This document shows, in pieces, positions 1 through 8,908 of a DNA stretch of 64,000 nucleotides (its first letter is position 1; every line of letters starts with the position of its first letter). Below the pieces are notes generated by a model. That model had not been told where the DNA came from and did not search any database. It was given only the letters and a program-made list of their open reading frames with translations. The stretch lies in assembly GCA_937124615.1 (NCBI GenBank), contig CAKZKR010000113.1, forward strand, positions 1,292 through 65,291. Reading direction: 5' to 3'. The translations under genes and the position numbers were made by a program. This stretch comes from an uncultured bacterium. GTDB lineage: Bacteria > Hydrogenedentota > Hydrogenedentia > Hydrogenedentales > Hydrogenedentaceae.

Positions 1-3000
1 GACGTTACTATTCCGATTGAGGTTTCGGGCGTAGGGACAATTAATGTGCGAATAACAATTACGGATACAAATGTTTGTGATTCGGTTCGAAATTTTGCAG
101 AAGGGAATGTCCGCCCAGGCCAGTTCTCAACGCAGAGTACACGATTAGCCGTTTCCGGGACCACAGGAAACTTGAATAACGATGGCAGGCTGAATTTCAA
201 TACATATCAAGATGTATTTATCAATTTGAATAATATCTATGGTTCCGTTGCTCAAGGGAATGCGGAATGGGCCTTGCGTGAGGATATATTCCCACCCTCA
301 TTATGGCTGGAAACACAGCCCGTAGGCAGGACCAGCCCGCCGTTAACCTATGGTCAGGATAGTTGGACTTTAAGTGTAGCAGTAGATAACGGTGATGGAA
401 TGATATGGACAGTAAATAATCTTCCTCCGACGGCCCCCCGGTTTAATTATCAGTGGTATTATGGAAGTAGTTCGGGTAATGTTACTACACCTGTTTCGGG
501 TGGAAATGTTAGGGTTCTGGCCATCAATCCGGTGAACTGGATTGGTTCGCGGTTCTTCCGTTGCTTGATAGCGGACCCGTATACCAAAGCGTCGACTTAC
601 TCCAACACGGTTGAGGTAGTCGTCCAGGCACCACCGATTATTATTACCCAACATCCGACTGTAAATCCGACACCACCGATAATGGCATTAAACCCATTTT
701 CAATTACATGCAATGCGACGCAGACAGCCGGAACATTAAGTTATCAATGGCAGATTGACCGCACATTTACGGGAAGTAATTACCAAAATGTTTCCGATGG
801 GAACAACGATAATGTATATAATGTGAGTTCTGCTACTGCAAATGATGCAGGACTGTATCGCTGTGTTATCACTTCTCTAACCTTTGGTAATGATGCAATT
901 ACGGCTTCGGTAGGTGTGCAAGTGAATACGCCGATACCCGTTGTAACGGAACAGCCGGTGGGTGCAATGATAAATATTGGTGGAAATCATGTGTTCCAGT
1001 GCAATGGTGATATAAACCCGGGGGGTGGTGGTGACCTAATCTTCCAGTGGGAGAAAGGTCGAGTGGCTTATGGGTCGCCAATTCTGGGTCCGGGACCTGT
1101 GCAATTAGCAATTGTGAACGCTCAGCCGATGAATACGGGATGGTATCGTTGCAAAATCACCTCGAATACCTACGGAAGTTTTGTATATACTTCAGAGGTC
1201 TATTTGGGTGTTGGTGTTCCGACGGGTGCGGTGTTCCGCGTAGATAAGATGGCCCCGAGACCGGGTGGAGTAGAAGATGGATTAACATGGGAAACAGCGT
1301 TTGATACGATACAAGAAGGTATAGATGCGGCGGCAGCAGAAGGTGGTGGTGAAGTCTGGGTCGCCGGTGGTCCCAATGGTGGTGGATACATATATAATGA
1401 GTTGCGGACGGTTCCATGGGGAGCCCCTGCGTATGTAGAAGGTTCATTGATATTAGAAAGCAATGTGCAAGTATATGGTGGATTTGAAGGCTATCATGGT
1501 TCTCAAGAAATAATTCGTGTAGAGCGAGGAGTCCGTCGTTCTATTACCATTATTGATGGTTCTGTTTCCCGAGGTGGACAGCCCGCATACCATGTCGTAG
1601 TAGTAGGAGGAGCCACCGAACCTGCGGTGAATGTGCGTTTGGATGGATTTGACATCCGTGGAGGCCGTGCTACAGGTGTCGCAGGCGATTACCATACCTG
1701 GCGTGGAGCTGGAATCTATAATTGGGGTTCCAGTCCAACCATTGCTAACTGCACTTTCTATAACAATATTGCAGCGGTTTCAGGTGGTGCTATATCGAAT
1801 GAGTCCAACGGGACCTACTATGCAAATGCTCAAATTATTAACTGCGTGTTCTATCAAAATACCGCACAGCGAGGAGCGGATAGCGCGGGTAATCCCATCC
1901 GTGGTGGTGGTGCGATATTTAACAATGGGGCAGACCCATCTATTAAGTTCTGCACCTTTGTTAGTAACAGTGTAGGTGCGGGTGGAAGTATGTATGGCAC
2001 GAGTAGTTCTGCTATCTTTAACTTTAATACAGTGGGCACAGGACAAATCCACAGTTCTATCTTCTGGCAAAATTCGCCGGGATGTGTAGAGACCTTATGT
2101 CCTGCAGGCAATCCAGCATGTGCTGGTTTACAGATTATTGAGTCCGATATATCACAAACTGTAGACCCTGTGTTTGTTTCTATTCCGCCGGAATTCAAGT
2201 TATCACCCGGATCACCGTTTGTGGATGCATCTACATTGACCAATCCGAATTTTGATATTCAAGGAGTTCCGAGACCTCAAGATACCGCTTCAGACCGTGG
2301 TGCCTATGAAACGGTGAAGCAGGCGATGACGGTTGCATGCAATAATATTAGTGTCAATTTAGACGACACAGGAAATGCAACGGTAAATGCAAGTTCGTTG
2401 TATAATAGCACAGGTAGCAGTATCCCCGGTGGATTGTGGAAATTGTTGGTAAATGGTTCTCCTACATTCAATCTAACTTGTGCGAATATCCCATCTACTC
2501 AACGGACTCTGACAGCTATTGACTATGCCGGCAATATCGCCACATGCCAGGCTAATATTACAGTAAATGATATAACTCCACCAGATGCCGTCTGTGCAAG
2601 TATTACGGTATATCTGAATGAAAATGGTGAATACACACTAACTGCCGGAGAGTTGGACGGCGGTAGCACGGACAATTGTGGTCCATTGAGTTTCAGCATA
2701 CCGCCTATAACTTATACCTGTGCAAATGTTGGACAAAATCAGACATTGTTGACCGTAAGAGATGGTGCAGGATTAGAGGATACTTGTCTGGCAACGATTA
2801 TTGTTCAAGATAATCGGCTACCTACTGTAGTGACCAAGAATATCGTGGTAGATTTGGATGAAATGAATCAAGCGACGATAACTCCTGCAGATGTGGATAA
2901 TGGCACATCGGATAATTGCGGTATTGACCGTCTTGAATTAAGCCGGAGCACCTTTGGTTGTGATGACCGCATTGTTCCTCAGACAGTGACATTGACTGCA

Positions 3001-4476
3001 TACGATGTGAATGGTAACTCTGCGTCTGCGCCCGCTCAAGTGACGGTGCGAGATGTGAAGAAACCGCAAATTACATTACGCGGAGCCTCTTATATGGTCC
3101 TTGTGGCAAATGTTGATTGCTATATTGAAGAAGGGGCCTTCTGGACGGATAATTGCGACGGTACCGGCGAAGCAGTTATCGGTGGTGATACTGTGCCGAC
3201 CAATTGTCCACTGTTACCTTCAGATGAAGGCGTATATACAGTAACTTATAACTACACAGATTTGAGTGGAAATTCCGCGGACGAAGTTACGCGTGTAGTG
3301 AAAGTGATAGTCAATCAACCGCCAGTAATTACACTATTGGGTGATAACCCGAGGGTCATCTCTTGTAAAGAAGAGTATATAGAACCGGGTTATATAGCGT
3401 TAGACCCAGAAGATGGCGATTTGACAGAAGAAGTAATCGTAACCAGCGATTTGAATAATCAAGAGCCTGGTACCTATCAGATTGAATACAAGGTTACAGA
3501 CCGCGACTTAGAAAATCCGCAAACCACAATTGTGTATAGAACCGTTGTAGTTGTGGATAATGATGATCCGACGGTTATATTGTCCGGTCGGAATCCATTG
3601 CCATGGCGGTTAGGCACACCTTGGAGTGAGCCGGGTTATACTGCGATAGACCCATGCTGGGGCGATGTGACAGTCCTAACAGAGGTGGTAGGTGTAGTAG
3701 ATGTGAATACTCCAGGAATGTATGTGATTACCTATACGCCGAAAGATTACAGTGGTCGCAGTGGAACGCCTGTAGAGAGAGAAGTACATGTTGGCGAGTT
3801 CTTCTCGTTCGTAGCCCATCCGCAGAATACCGATGCATATGTAGATTCCGCTCCGTTTGATTTGAAGGCAACTTTCAGTGGCGGTATCTTCATACCCGGA
3901 TATAATTCCTATGAATGGTTCCGTGGTACAAGCTCGGTAGAGACGGGCCCAGTTACAGAGAATACGGTATCGCTAACAGTTAACCCGAGCACATTGTCGC
4001 CGGGCTCCTACTTCTACAGTGTGCGGATAGAGGACCTTGAAGGTTCGAGGACATCGAATCAAGCAAGAGTACGGATTGCCAATCATTTGGCTCTGGCTGA
4101 GCCGATACCGGATGCGGAAGTGGTTCCGGGTGACCGGTTCTCTATGACGGTTACCGTAACAGGTGGTATCGGTCAATTGAGTTATCAGTGGCAAAAGTCT
4201 GATGAGAGTGGTGGGAAAGCCTGGGTTAATCTGACAGATGGTGGAAATATCTCAGGTTCGTCCACAAATACGCTTGTATTCAACCCATTCACAGAAGAAG
4301 ACCCCGGCACCTATCGTTGTGTCATATCTGATGAATTGACAGATATGATTTACTCCAATAATGTGGTGTTGACGAAAGGTTCCGGTATCCCTGTGGCCGG
4401 TGCGGTCGGTATAGCGTTGGTCAGTGCGTTGAGTGCATTGGCCGGTGTGTTTACACTGCGGAGACGGCAACGCTAA
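1..4476 (+). CDS. Large multidomain surface protein, 5' end outside the window: Ig-like domains, right-handed beta-helix, HYR-like repeats, DUF5011-like Ig repeats, C-terminal sorting signal
   Basis: Frame 1 is open from base 1, upstream of the listed GTG at 46. Ig motifs (YQW...DAGLYRCVI); DGLTWETAFDTIQEGIDAA and GGAIxN beta-helix motifs; about 3 C.NI.V.LD...DNC repeats; about 3 P.ITL.G...EPGY.A.D repeats; tail GIPVAG-hydrophobic-RRRQR. Confidence 0.85.
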   Translation, partial: DVTIPIEVSGVGTINVRITITDTNVCDSVRNFAEGNVRPGQFSTQSTRLAVSGTTGNLNNDGRLNFNTYQDVFINLNNIYGSVAQGNAEWALREDIFPPSLWLETQPVGRTSPPLTYGQDSWTLSVAVDNGDGMIWTVNNLPPTAPRFNYQWYYGSSSGNVTTPVSGGNVRVLAINPVNWIGSRFFRCLIADPYTKASTYSNTVEVVVQAPPIIITQHPTVNPTPPIMALNPFSITCNATQTAGTLSYQWQIDRTFTGSNYQNVSDGNNDNVYNVSSATANDAGLYRCVITSLTFGNDAITASVGVQVNTPIPVVTEQPVGAMINIGGNHVFQCNGDINPGGGGDLIFQWEKGRVAYGSPILGPGPVQLAIVNAQPMNTGWYRCKITSNTYGSFVYTSEVYLGVGVPTGAVFRVDKMAPRPGGVEDGLTWETAFDTIQEGIDAAAAEGGGEVWVAGGPNGGGYIYNELRTVPWGAPAYVEGSLILESNVQVYGGFEGYHGSQEIIRVERGVRRSITIIDGSVSRGGQPAYHVVVVGGATEPAVNVRLDGFDIRGGRATGVAGDYHTWRGAGIYNWGSSPTIANCTFYNNIAAVSGGAISNESNGTYYANAQIINCVFYQNTAQRGADSAGNPIRGGGAIFNNGADPSIKFCTFVSNSVGAGGSMYGTSSSAIFNFNTVGTGQIHSSIFWQNSPGCVETLCPAGNPACAGLQIIESDISQTVDPVFVSIPPEFKLSPGSPFVDASTLTNPNFDIQGVPRPQDTASDRGAYETVKQAMTVACNNISVNLDDTGNATVNASSLYNSTGSSIPGGLWKLLVNGSPTFNLTCANIPSTQRTLTAIDYAGNIATCQANITVNDITPPDAVCASITVYLNENGEYTLTAGELDGGSTDNCGPLSFSIPPITYTCANVGQNQTLLTVRDGAGLEDTCLATIIVQDNRLPTVVTKNIVVDLDEMNQATITPADVDNGTSDNCGIDRLELSRSTFGCDDRIVPQTVTLTAYDVNGNSASAPAQVTVRDVKKPQITLRGASYMVLVANVDCYIEEGAFWTDNCDGTGEAVIGGDTVPTNCPLLPSDEGVYTVTYNYTDLSGNSADEVTRVVKVIVNQPPVITLLGDNPRVISCKEEYIEPGYIALDPEDGDLTEEVIVTSDLNNQEPGTYQIEYKVTDRDLENPQTTIVYRTVVVVDNDDPTVILSGRNPLPWRLGTPWSEPGYTAIDPCWGDVTVLTEVVGVVDVNTPGMYVITYTPKDYSGRSGTPVEREVHVGEFFSFVAHPQNTDAYVDSAPFDLKATFSGGIFIPGYNSYEWFRGTSSVETGPVTENTVSLTVNPSTLSPGSYFYSVRIEDLEGSRTSNQARVRIANHLALAEPIPDAEVVPGDRFSMTVTVTGGIGQLSYQWQKSDESGGKAWVNLTDGGNISGSSTNTLVFNPFTEEDPGTYRCVISDELTDMIYSNNVVLTKGSGIPVAGAVGIALVSALSALAGVFTLRRRQR

Positions 4477-4507
4477 TGCGTTGAGAAAGCGAAACGGCAA
4501 TTGTTGA

Positions 4508-4542
4508 GGCGGTTCGCCCTTCGGGGCGAACCGCCCTTTTTA
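4508..4542 (+). terminator. Intrinsic terminator of the surface protein gene
   Basis: GGCGGTTCGCCC-TTCG-GGGCGAACCGCC: perfect 12-bp stem with a cUUCGg tetraloop, followed by CTTTTTA. Confidence 0.9.
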
Positions 4543-4543
4543 T

Positions 4544-4579
4544 GTCTGACAGGTCCGACTCGTCGGACCTGTCAGACCA
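4544..4579. repeat. Perfect 16-bp inverted repeat built from four 9-mers (GTCnGACnn), REP-like
   Basis: GTCTGACAG GTCCGACTC GTCGGACCT GTCAGACCA; arms 4544-4559 and 4562-4577; overlaps the helicase stop codon. Confidence 0.85.
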
Positions 4580-7286
4580 TACAAATCTGTTGTAGAGGCA
4601 GGTCCAACATAAATCCGCGCTTAGGGATGGTGCGGAGCCGTTCTTTCCACTCTGGGGACACTTCACACAACTTCCGTAAAAGCATGCATTTCTGAAAAGC
4701 CATTTGTGCATCTTCAACAATAATATCATTCCATAATTCTTTGTAAACTTTCTCGTAAGACACACAGCAACCCGCATTTTGAGCTAATAAACAGAGTAAT
4801 CGATATTGTTTTTCAGGGACACGGATTTTCTTCCCTTCCACCCAGACTTCACCCGGACGCTTCATATCCAGAACTAAAAGATACTTTGTCTCTTCTTTCG
4901 GTGTGTCAGTTTTTGTTGAAGAAAACGAAGAGAGAGGTTTCGGTTTTCTTTCTTCGACGGGATCATAGGAACGCTCTGGGGTAATGGGTTTATCTGCTTG
5001 TAAAAAGAATGGTTCCTGTGATGCTTTTGGCTTGAATACGGGAGAAGACGAAGTAGAGTTGAATTTAAAGTTTTTTGACCTTATCTTTTGAGCGTGCTGT
5101 TTTAGTTTAAGAATAGTGGTTGAGGGAAGATATCTGGAGAGGATTGATGAAGAAGTTTTAAGAACGCTTTCTATATCTTTTATCCCGTTGGCCAGCAAGG
5201 TAAGTATTTGAGAACGGGAAAGGAGCCCTTCAAATATCCGAGCAAGCGATAAGCCCTCTACAGGGATTCCCCAGCGGACTTGTTCGGCTAAGATTCGGAA
5301 TTCATCAGGATGATTGATAGACATCAGTTCCGCTAATTGCACCAGAACATCTAAAATCCACGAAATACGGGCACCTGCCTGTACCACCTGCCCCGCAGAG
5401 ACTGCAAATTCTTCTTCTATTTCGGACAGGGACTTTCCGCAAATCCAACTGCGAAGAACAAAAGCAATTTTTAGTCCTTTTGATTCATGTAGATGGGGTT
5501 CAGCCAATCCCTGATGGAACTTCTGGATAGGGGTTATTACATCCCAAGGGGTTCGCAATGGAGTTTCCCGCAATAATTGTAGGTATGTCTTGGATTGAAA
5601 TTCCTGTAAGGAAAATTCAAATTGAGGTAGCCATGCGTCCGGTGTAAGCGATGCGGTCAAAAGAATATCCAGTTCATCGCGTTCTCTTCCTCGGACCGTG
5701 TTTAGCCATTGTTCTAATTGTTCTAAGGTATCCGGAGATACTCCTTTTGTAGCAATAATCACACCTCGAGGAGTGAGTCCGTATCTGTATAAGTTCTTCT
5801 TTATGCAGAAGCCTCTACGAAAACAAGAGTCCATAAAGTCTGTTGCCAGAGTAGAAAATAAGTTAGGTTCGCGGTTCATTGAAATTTGTTCGTTTGCCCT
5901 CCAGGAAGACCTTAAAAATTCTTCTAAATGTTCCATAGTTACAGATTGGTAGGAGGCGATGACACTAAGCAAGGGCGTGTTCAAACCGGCTATGTTATTA
6001 GGAGGGAATGAGAGGGGAAAGGATTGCTGAATATACCATGAATATAATTGGTTTTTCTCTTCCTCGCTGGTGGCGATAAGGATAGCACGGGCAGGCTGGT
6101 TTGAGTATCCGTAACGGCCGGCTCTACCCGCCATGTTTTCATACTCTGGAAGGGATAGGGGAGAGGGACCGCCATTTCCTTTTTTGTCTGCGTAGTGCCA
6201 CTTCTCATGAGAGATAATGACATTGTCCACGGGTAGATTCAACCCTTTGGATAATGTGCTGGTGGCGACGAGAACACGAAGTTCTCTATGGCGGAAGGCT
6301 TGTTCTACGATTTGTCGTTCTTCGGGAAGTAAATCGCTGTAATGGAAGCCAATACCGTGTTGGAATGCGTGGAGTAGGGCATCACGAGCGCGAGTAGGTT
6401 CCAATGATTTTATTTGCTCCACGGATTGTTCCGCAGGGGGAAGGTGTAAGTATTCAGCCAGTTCCCATGCGAGGGCTCGGACTTCGTTGCGGGTTTTCAT
6501 GAAAATGAGACAGGTCTCTTCTTCCTGCGTCAATTTTTGGATTGTCTGGAAAAGAAGAGGAGACTCGGAAAGGGACTCATCAAAGAAAGGTTCCTCTTTT
6601 GGATTTCCATGTTCATCCATGTAATAAAAGGTGCCATTGTATAATATCCCCTTTTTTAGGGGAACAGGCCGAATGTTCGAATGGATTAACACTGCTTTCA
6701 TCCATTGTGCAATAGGGGCTGGTTCCGGAAGACAGGCGGATAAGGCTATACAACGGGCAGAAGAACCGAGACAACGCGTTAATAGAAAATCGGCAGTTGT
6801 TCCACGCTCCGAGTCAAATATCAGGTCGATATCATCAAAGACGATAAGTTGAATTTTGTCCAAAATGGAGGGTTGTCGGGCAATTAACTGGAACATCTTT
6901 TCGTAGACTACTACTGCAATATGAAATCTTCCTTGTTCTAATAAGGGGTCGTGATGACGATAGTCGCTGGTGGAGATTAGGATTTGTAAGCCATATTTTT
7001 TGTGTCGGTTCCGTAGAGTTCGAAACATCTCTTCTGCCTGAACGCGTAAAGGAACAAGATAAACAGATTTTCTATGTTGAAAACTGGTATGAAGCATGAC
7101 TAACTCTGCGAGGAAGGTTTTGCCGGTACTGGTAGGAGCGTGAATGAGGAGATTTTTCTCAGAAAATAGCATTTTATTTTTGATGATTTGTTCTTGCACA
7201 GGTAATAGTTCGTGACAGAAGTTTTGTAAATCCTTTAATAACAGTTCGGAAAATCCGGATTGAGACAAGTATTCAGTGATATTCAT
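4572..7286 (-). CDS. Hel308/Ski2-like SF2 helicase with C-terminal OmpR/PhoB-type winged-helix domain
   Basis: APTSTGKT (I), FDDID (II, atypical), LSAC (III), RPVPL, GIGFHYSDL, VATSTLSKGLNLP (V), MAGRAGR (VI), Hel308-like C-terminal helical/HhH region, then EKQYRLLCLLAQN...LWND...RTIPKRGFML. RBS GGAGA. Confidence 0.85.
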   Translation of the reverse strand: MNITEYLSQSGFSELLLKDLQNFCHELLPVQEQIIKNKMLFSEKNLLIHAPTSTGKTFLAELVMLHTSFQHRKSVYLVPLRVQAEEMFRTLRNRHKKYGLQILISTSDYRHHDPLLEQGRFHIAVVVYEKMFQLIARQPSILDKIQLIVFDDIDLIFDSERGTTADFLLTRCLGSSARCIALSACLPEPAPIAQWMKAVLIHSNIRPVPLKKGILYNGTFYYMDEHGNPKEEPFFDESLSESPLLFQTIQKLTQEEETCLIFMKTRNEVRALAWELAEYLHLPPAEQSVEQIKSLEPTRARDALLHAFQHGIGFHYSDLLPEERQIVEQAFRHRELRVLVATSTLSKGLNLPVDNVIISHEKWHYADKKGNGGPSPLSLPEYENMAGRAGRYGYSNQPARAILIATSEEEKNQLYSWYIQQSFPLSFPPNNIAGLNTPLLSVIASYQSVTMEHLEEFLRSSWRANEQISMNREPNLFSTLATDFMDSCFRRGFCIKKNLYRYGLTPRGVIIATKGVSPDTLEQLEQWLNTVRGRERDELDILLTASLTPDAWLPQFEFSLQEFQSKTYLQLLRETPLRTPWDVITPIQKFHQGLAEPHLHESKGLKIAFVLRSWICGKSLSEIEEEFAVSAGQVVQAGARISWILDVLVQLAELMSINHPDEFRILAEQVRWGIPVEGLSLARIFEGLLSRSQILTLLANGIKDIESVLKTSSSILSRYLPSTTILKLKQHAQKIRSKNFKFNSTSSSPVFKPKASQEPFFLQADKPITPERSYDPVEERKPKPLSSFSSTKTDTPKEETKYLLVLDMKRPGEVWVEGKKIRVPEKQYRLLCLLAQNAGCCVSYEKVYKELWNDIIVEDAQMAFQKCMLLRKLCEVSPEWKERLRTIPKRGFMLDLPLQQICMV

Positions 7287-7316
7287 GGTTTATTCTCCCA
7301 AAAAAGTTTTAACTAT

Positions 7317-7345
7317 ATTATAGTGAAAATTTTTTCACTATTCAA
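7317..7345 (-). promoter_or_regulatory. sigma70 promoter of the helicase gene with a palindromic operator across the spacer
   Basis: Minus strand TTGAAT (7345-7340), 17 bp, TATAAT (7322-7317). Inverted repeat ATAGTGAAAA-TT-TTTTCACTAT at 7320-7341. Confidence 0.75.
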
Positions 7346-7459
7346 GTAGGAAGGAATGTATGTAGGTTAAAGGAGAGAAAATATGTTATACTCTTGTATT
7401 CTGTATAGGACAAATTCAGGTTATGTGTTGACAGGACATTTAATAAAAGGAATAAAGTT

Positions 7460-8224
7460 ATGGCAGATAAAATTGATTATCAAATTTTTGGGGATGATAT
7501 GCAGGCCGTGCAGATAACCTTGGACCCGGGCGAATCCGTCTTTGCAGAGGCGGGAGCAATGCTTTCAATGGATGATGGAATTGAGATGCAGACGAGTGCG
7601 GGAGGAATTATGAAGGGGCTGAAACGTGTGCTAACCGGCGAGAGTTTCTTCATTACGAATTTTTATAATCAGGGCCATCAACGGGCAAGTGTAATTTTTT
7701 CGGCACCATATCCGGGGAAGATTATTCCGATTGATTTGAAGGTGTTTGAGGGGACTTTTATTTGCCAGAAGGATGCGTTTTTGTGTGCGGCGGGAGGAGT
7801 GGAAGTAACACCGACATTGGTGAAGAAGATAGGGGTTGGTTTGTTTGGCGGGGAAGGGTTTGTTTTGCAGAAAATTGTGGGTGATGGGTTTGCTTTTGTG
7901 CATATTGGCGGGACGGTGTTGGAGCGGGAATTATCGGGGGGAGAGACGCTTCGGGTGGATACGGGTTGTATTGCGGGCTTTACCTCTACCATTAAATACG
8001 ACATTCAGTTTATGTCAGGTTTTAAGAATATGTTATTTGGAGGGGAAGGAATGTTCCTTGCCACTTTGCAAGGACCGGGGAAGGTCTATCTTCAAACTTT
8101 GCCTTTTTCGCGTCTTGCGGACCGTATTATTATAGCCTCTCGTAAAAATCGTGAGGAAACGAATATCGGCGGAGGAGGCAAAGGGTTGTTGGGACGAATG
8201 ATAGGGGGAGGTGGTGGCTTCTAA
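7460..8224 (+). CDS. AIM24 / TIGR00266 family protein
   Basis: L.PGE.V.AEAGAM, GESFF, APYPGKI, CQKDAFL, FGGEG repeats, LRVDTGC, GPGKVYLQTLPFSRLA. Confidence 0.9.
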   Translation: MADKIDYQIFGDDMQAVQITLDPGESVFAEAGAMLSMDDGIEMQTSAGGIMKGLKRVLTGESFFITNFYNQGHQRASVIFSAPYPGKIIPIDLKVFEGTFICQKDAFLCAAGGVEVTPTLVKKIGVGLFGGEGFVLQKIVGDGFAFVHIGGTVLERELSGGETLRVDTGCIAGFTSTIKYDIQFMSGFKNMLFGGEGMFLATLQGPGKVYLQTLPFSRLADRIIIASRKNREETNIGGGGKGLLGRMIGGGGGF

Positions 8225-8225
8225 T

Positions 8226-8765
8226 ATGGAACAGTGGAAAGATTCAAAGGTAATTTATCAGGGAAAAATTGTAAATGTCCGGACGGGGGAAGTTTCATTA
8301 GAGGATGGAAAGAGTGCGTTTCGAGAGGTGATAGAACATCCGGGGGGTGTTTGTGTCGCGATGCTGGATAAGGACGAAGTTATATTGGTTCGACAGTTTC
8401 GTATTGCAATTGGTAAATATATTTTGGAGGCGCCGGCAGGTAAGTTGGAAGGGAAAGACGACCCGATGGAACGGGCACGAAAGGAAATGGAGGAGGAAAC
8501 GGGGTATCGAGCGGGGATATTTGAATATTTAGGGTCTGCTTATTCATCGGTGGGATATTGTTCGGAGATAATACATTTTTATTTTGCTACTGATTTAGAG
8601 TATGTTGGGACGAAACCGGATGATGACGAGAATATAGAAATAGTAAAGATGCCGTTGAAGGTGGTGAAGGAGAAGTTACGCACTTTTTGGTTTGAGGATA
8701 GCAAGACATATATTGCTTTACAGGCAATGCTTTATCGTCTTCAAGGAAGGGAGAGTAACTGTTGA
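8226..8765 (+). CDS. NUDIX hydrolase, ADP-ribose pyrophosphatase (NudF-like)
   Basis: REVIEHPGGV, LVRQFR, EAPAGKLE...ARKEMEEETGY Nudix box. ATG at 8226 preferred over GTG at 8211. Confidence 0.9.
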   Translation: MEQWKDSKVIYQGKIVNVRTGEVSLEDGKSAFREVIEHPGGVCVAMLDKDEVILVRQFRIAIGKYILEAPAGKLEGKDDPMERARKEMEEETGYRAGIFEYLGSAYSSVGYCSEIIHFYFATDLEYVGTKPDDDENIEIVKMPLKVVKEKLRTFWFEDSKTYIALQAMLYRLQGRESNC

Positions 8766-8908
8766 GAGGAAAAGAGTTTTTTATATGGTATAAGGAATGC
8801 TTGCTGTAATCCAGTTTAACATCTAACTCACCATGAGGCTCTGTGTTCTCTCTGTGGTTCTTTTTTTTCACCGCGGTAAGCAGGAACAAAGAAGATATGT
8901 TTATTTTT

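Noticed and set aside
4451-4777. 108-aa ORF containing SDRSDESDLSD
   Set aside because: Shadow ORF that overlaps two real genes and the terminator; the peptide pattern comes from the 9-mer DNA repeat.
4572-7286. Helicase as a Hachiman (HamB) or AbpB-type antiphage defence gene
   Set aside because: It is Ski2-like but stands alone, with no HamA/AbpA-like nuclease partner and no defence or mobile genes nearby. Not strictly excluded without an HMM search.
7320-7341. Palindrome as a Rex or CRP/FNR box
   Set aside because: Half-site spacing is GTGA-N8-TCAC, not the N6 used by those regulators.
8587-8908. C-terminal extension of YceI running antisense into the NUDIX gene
   Set aside because: Read-through caused by the A7 indel; YceI homology ends at IEAEK.
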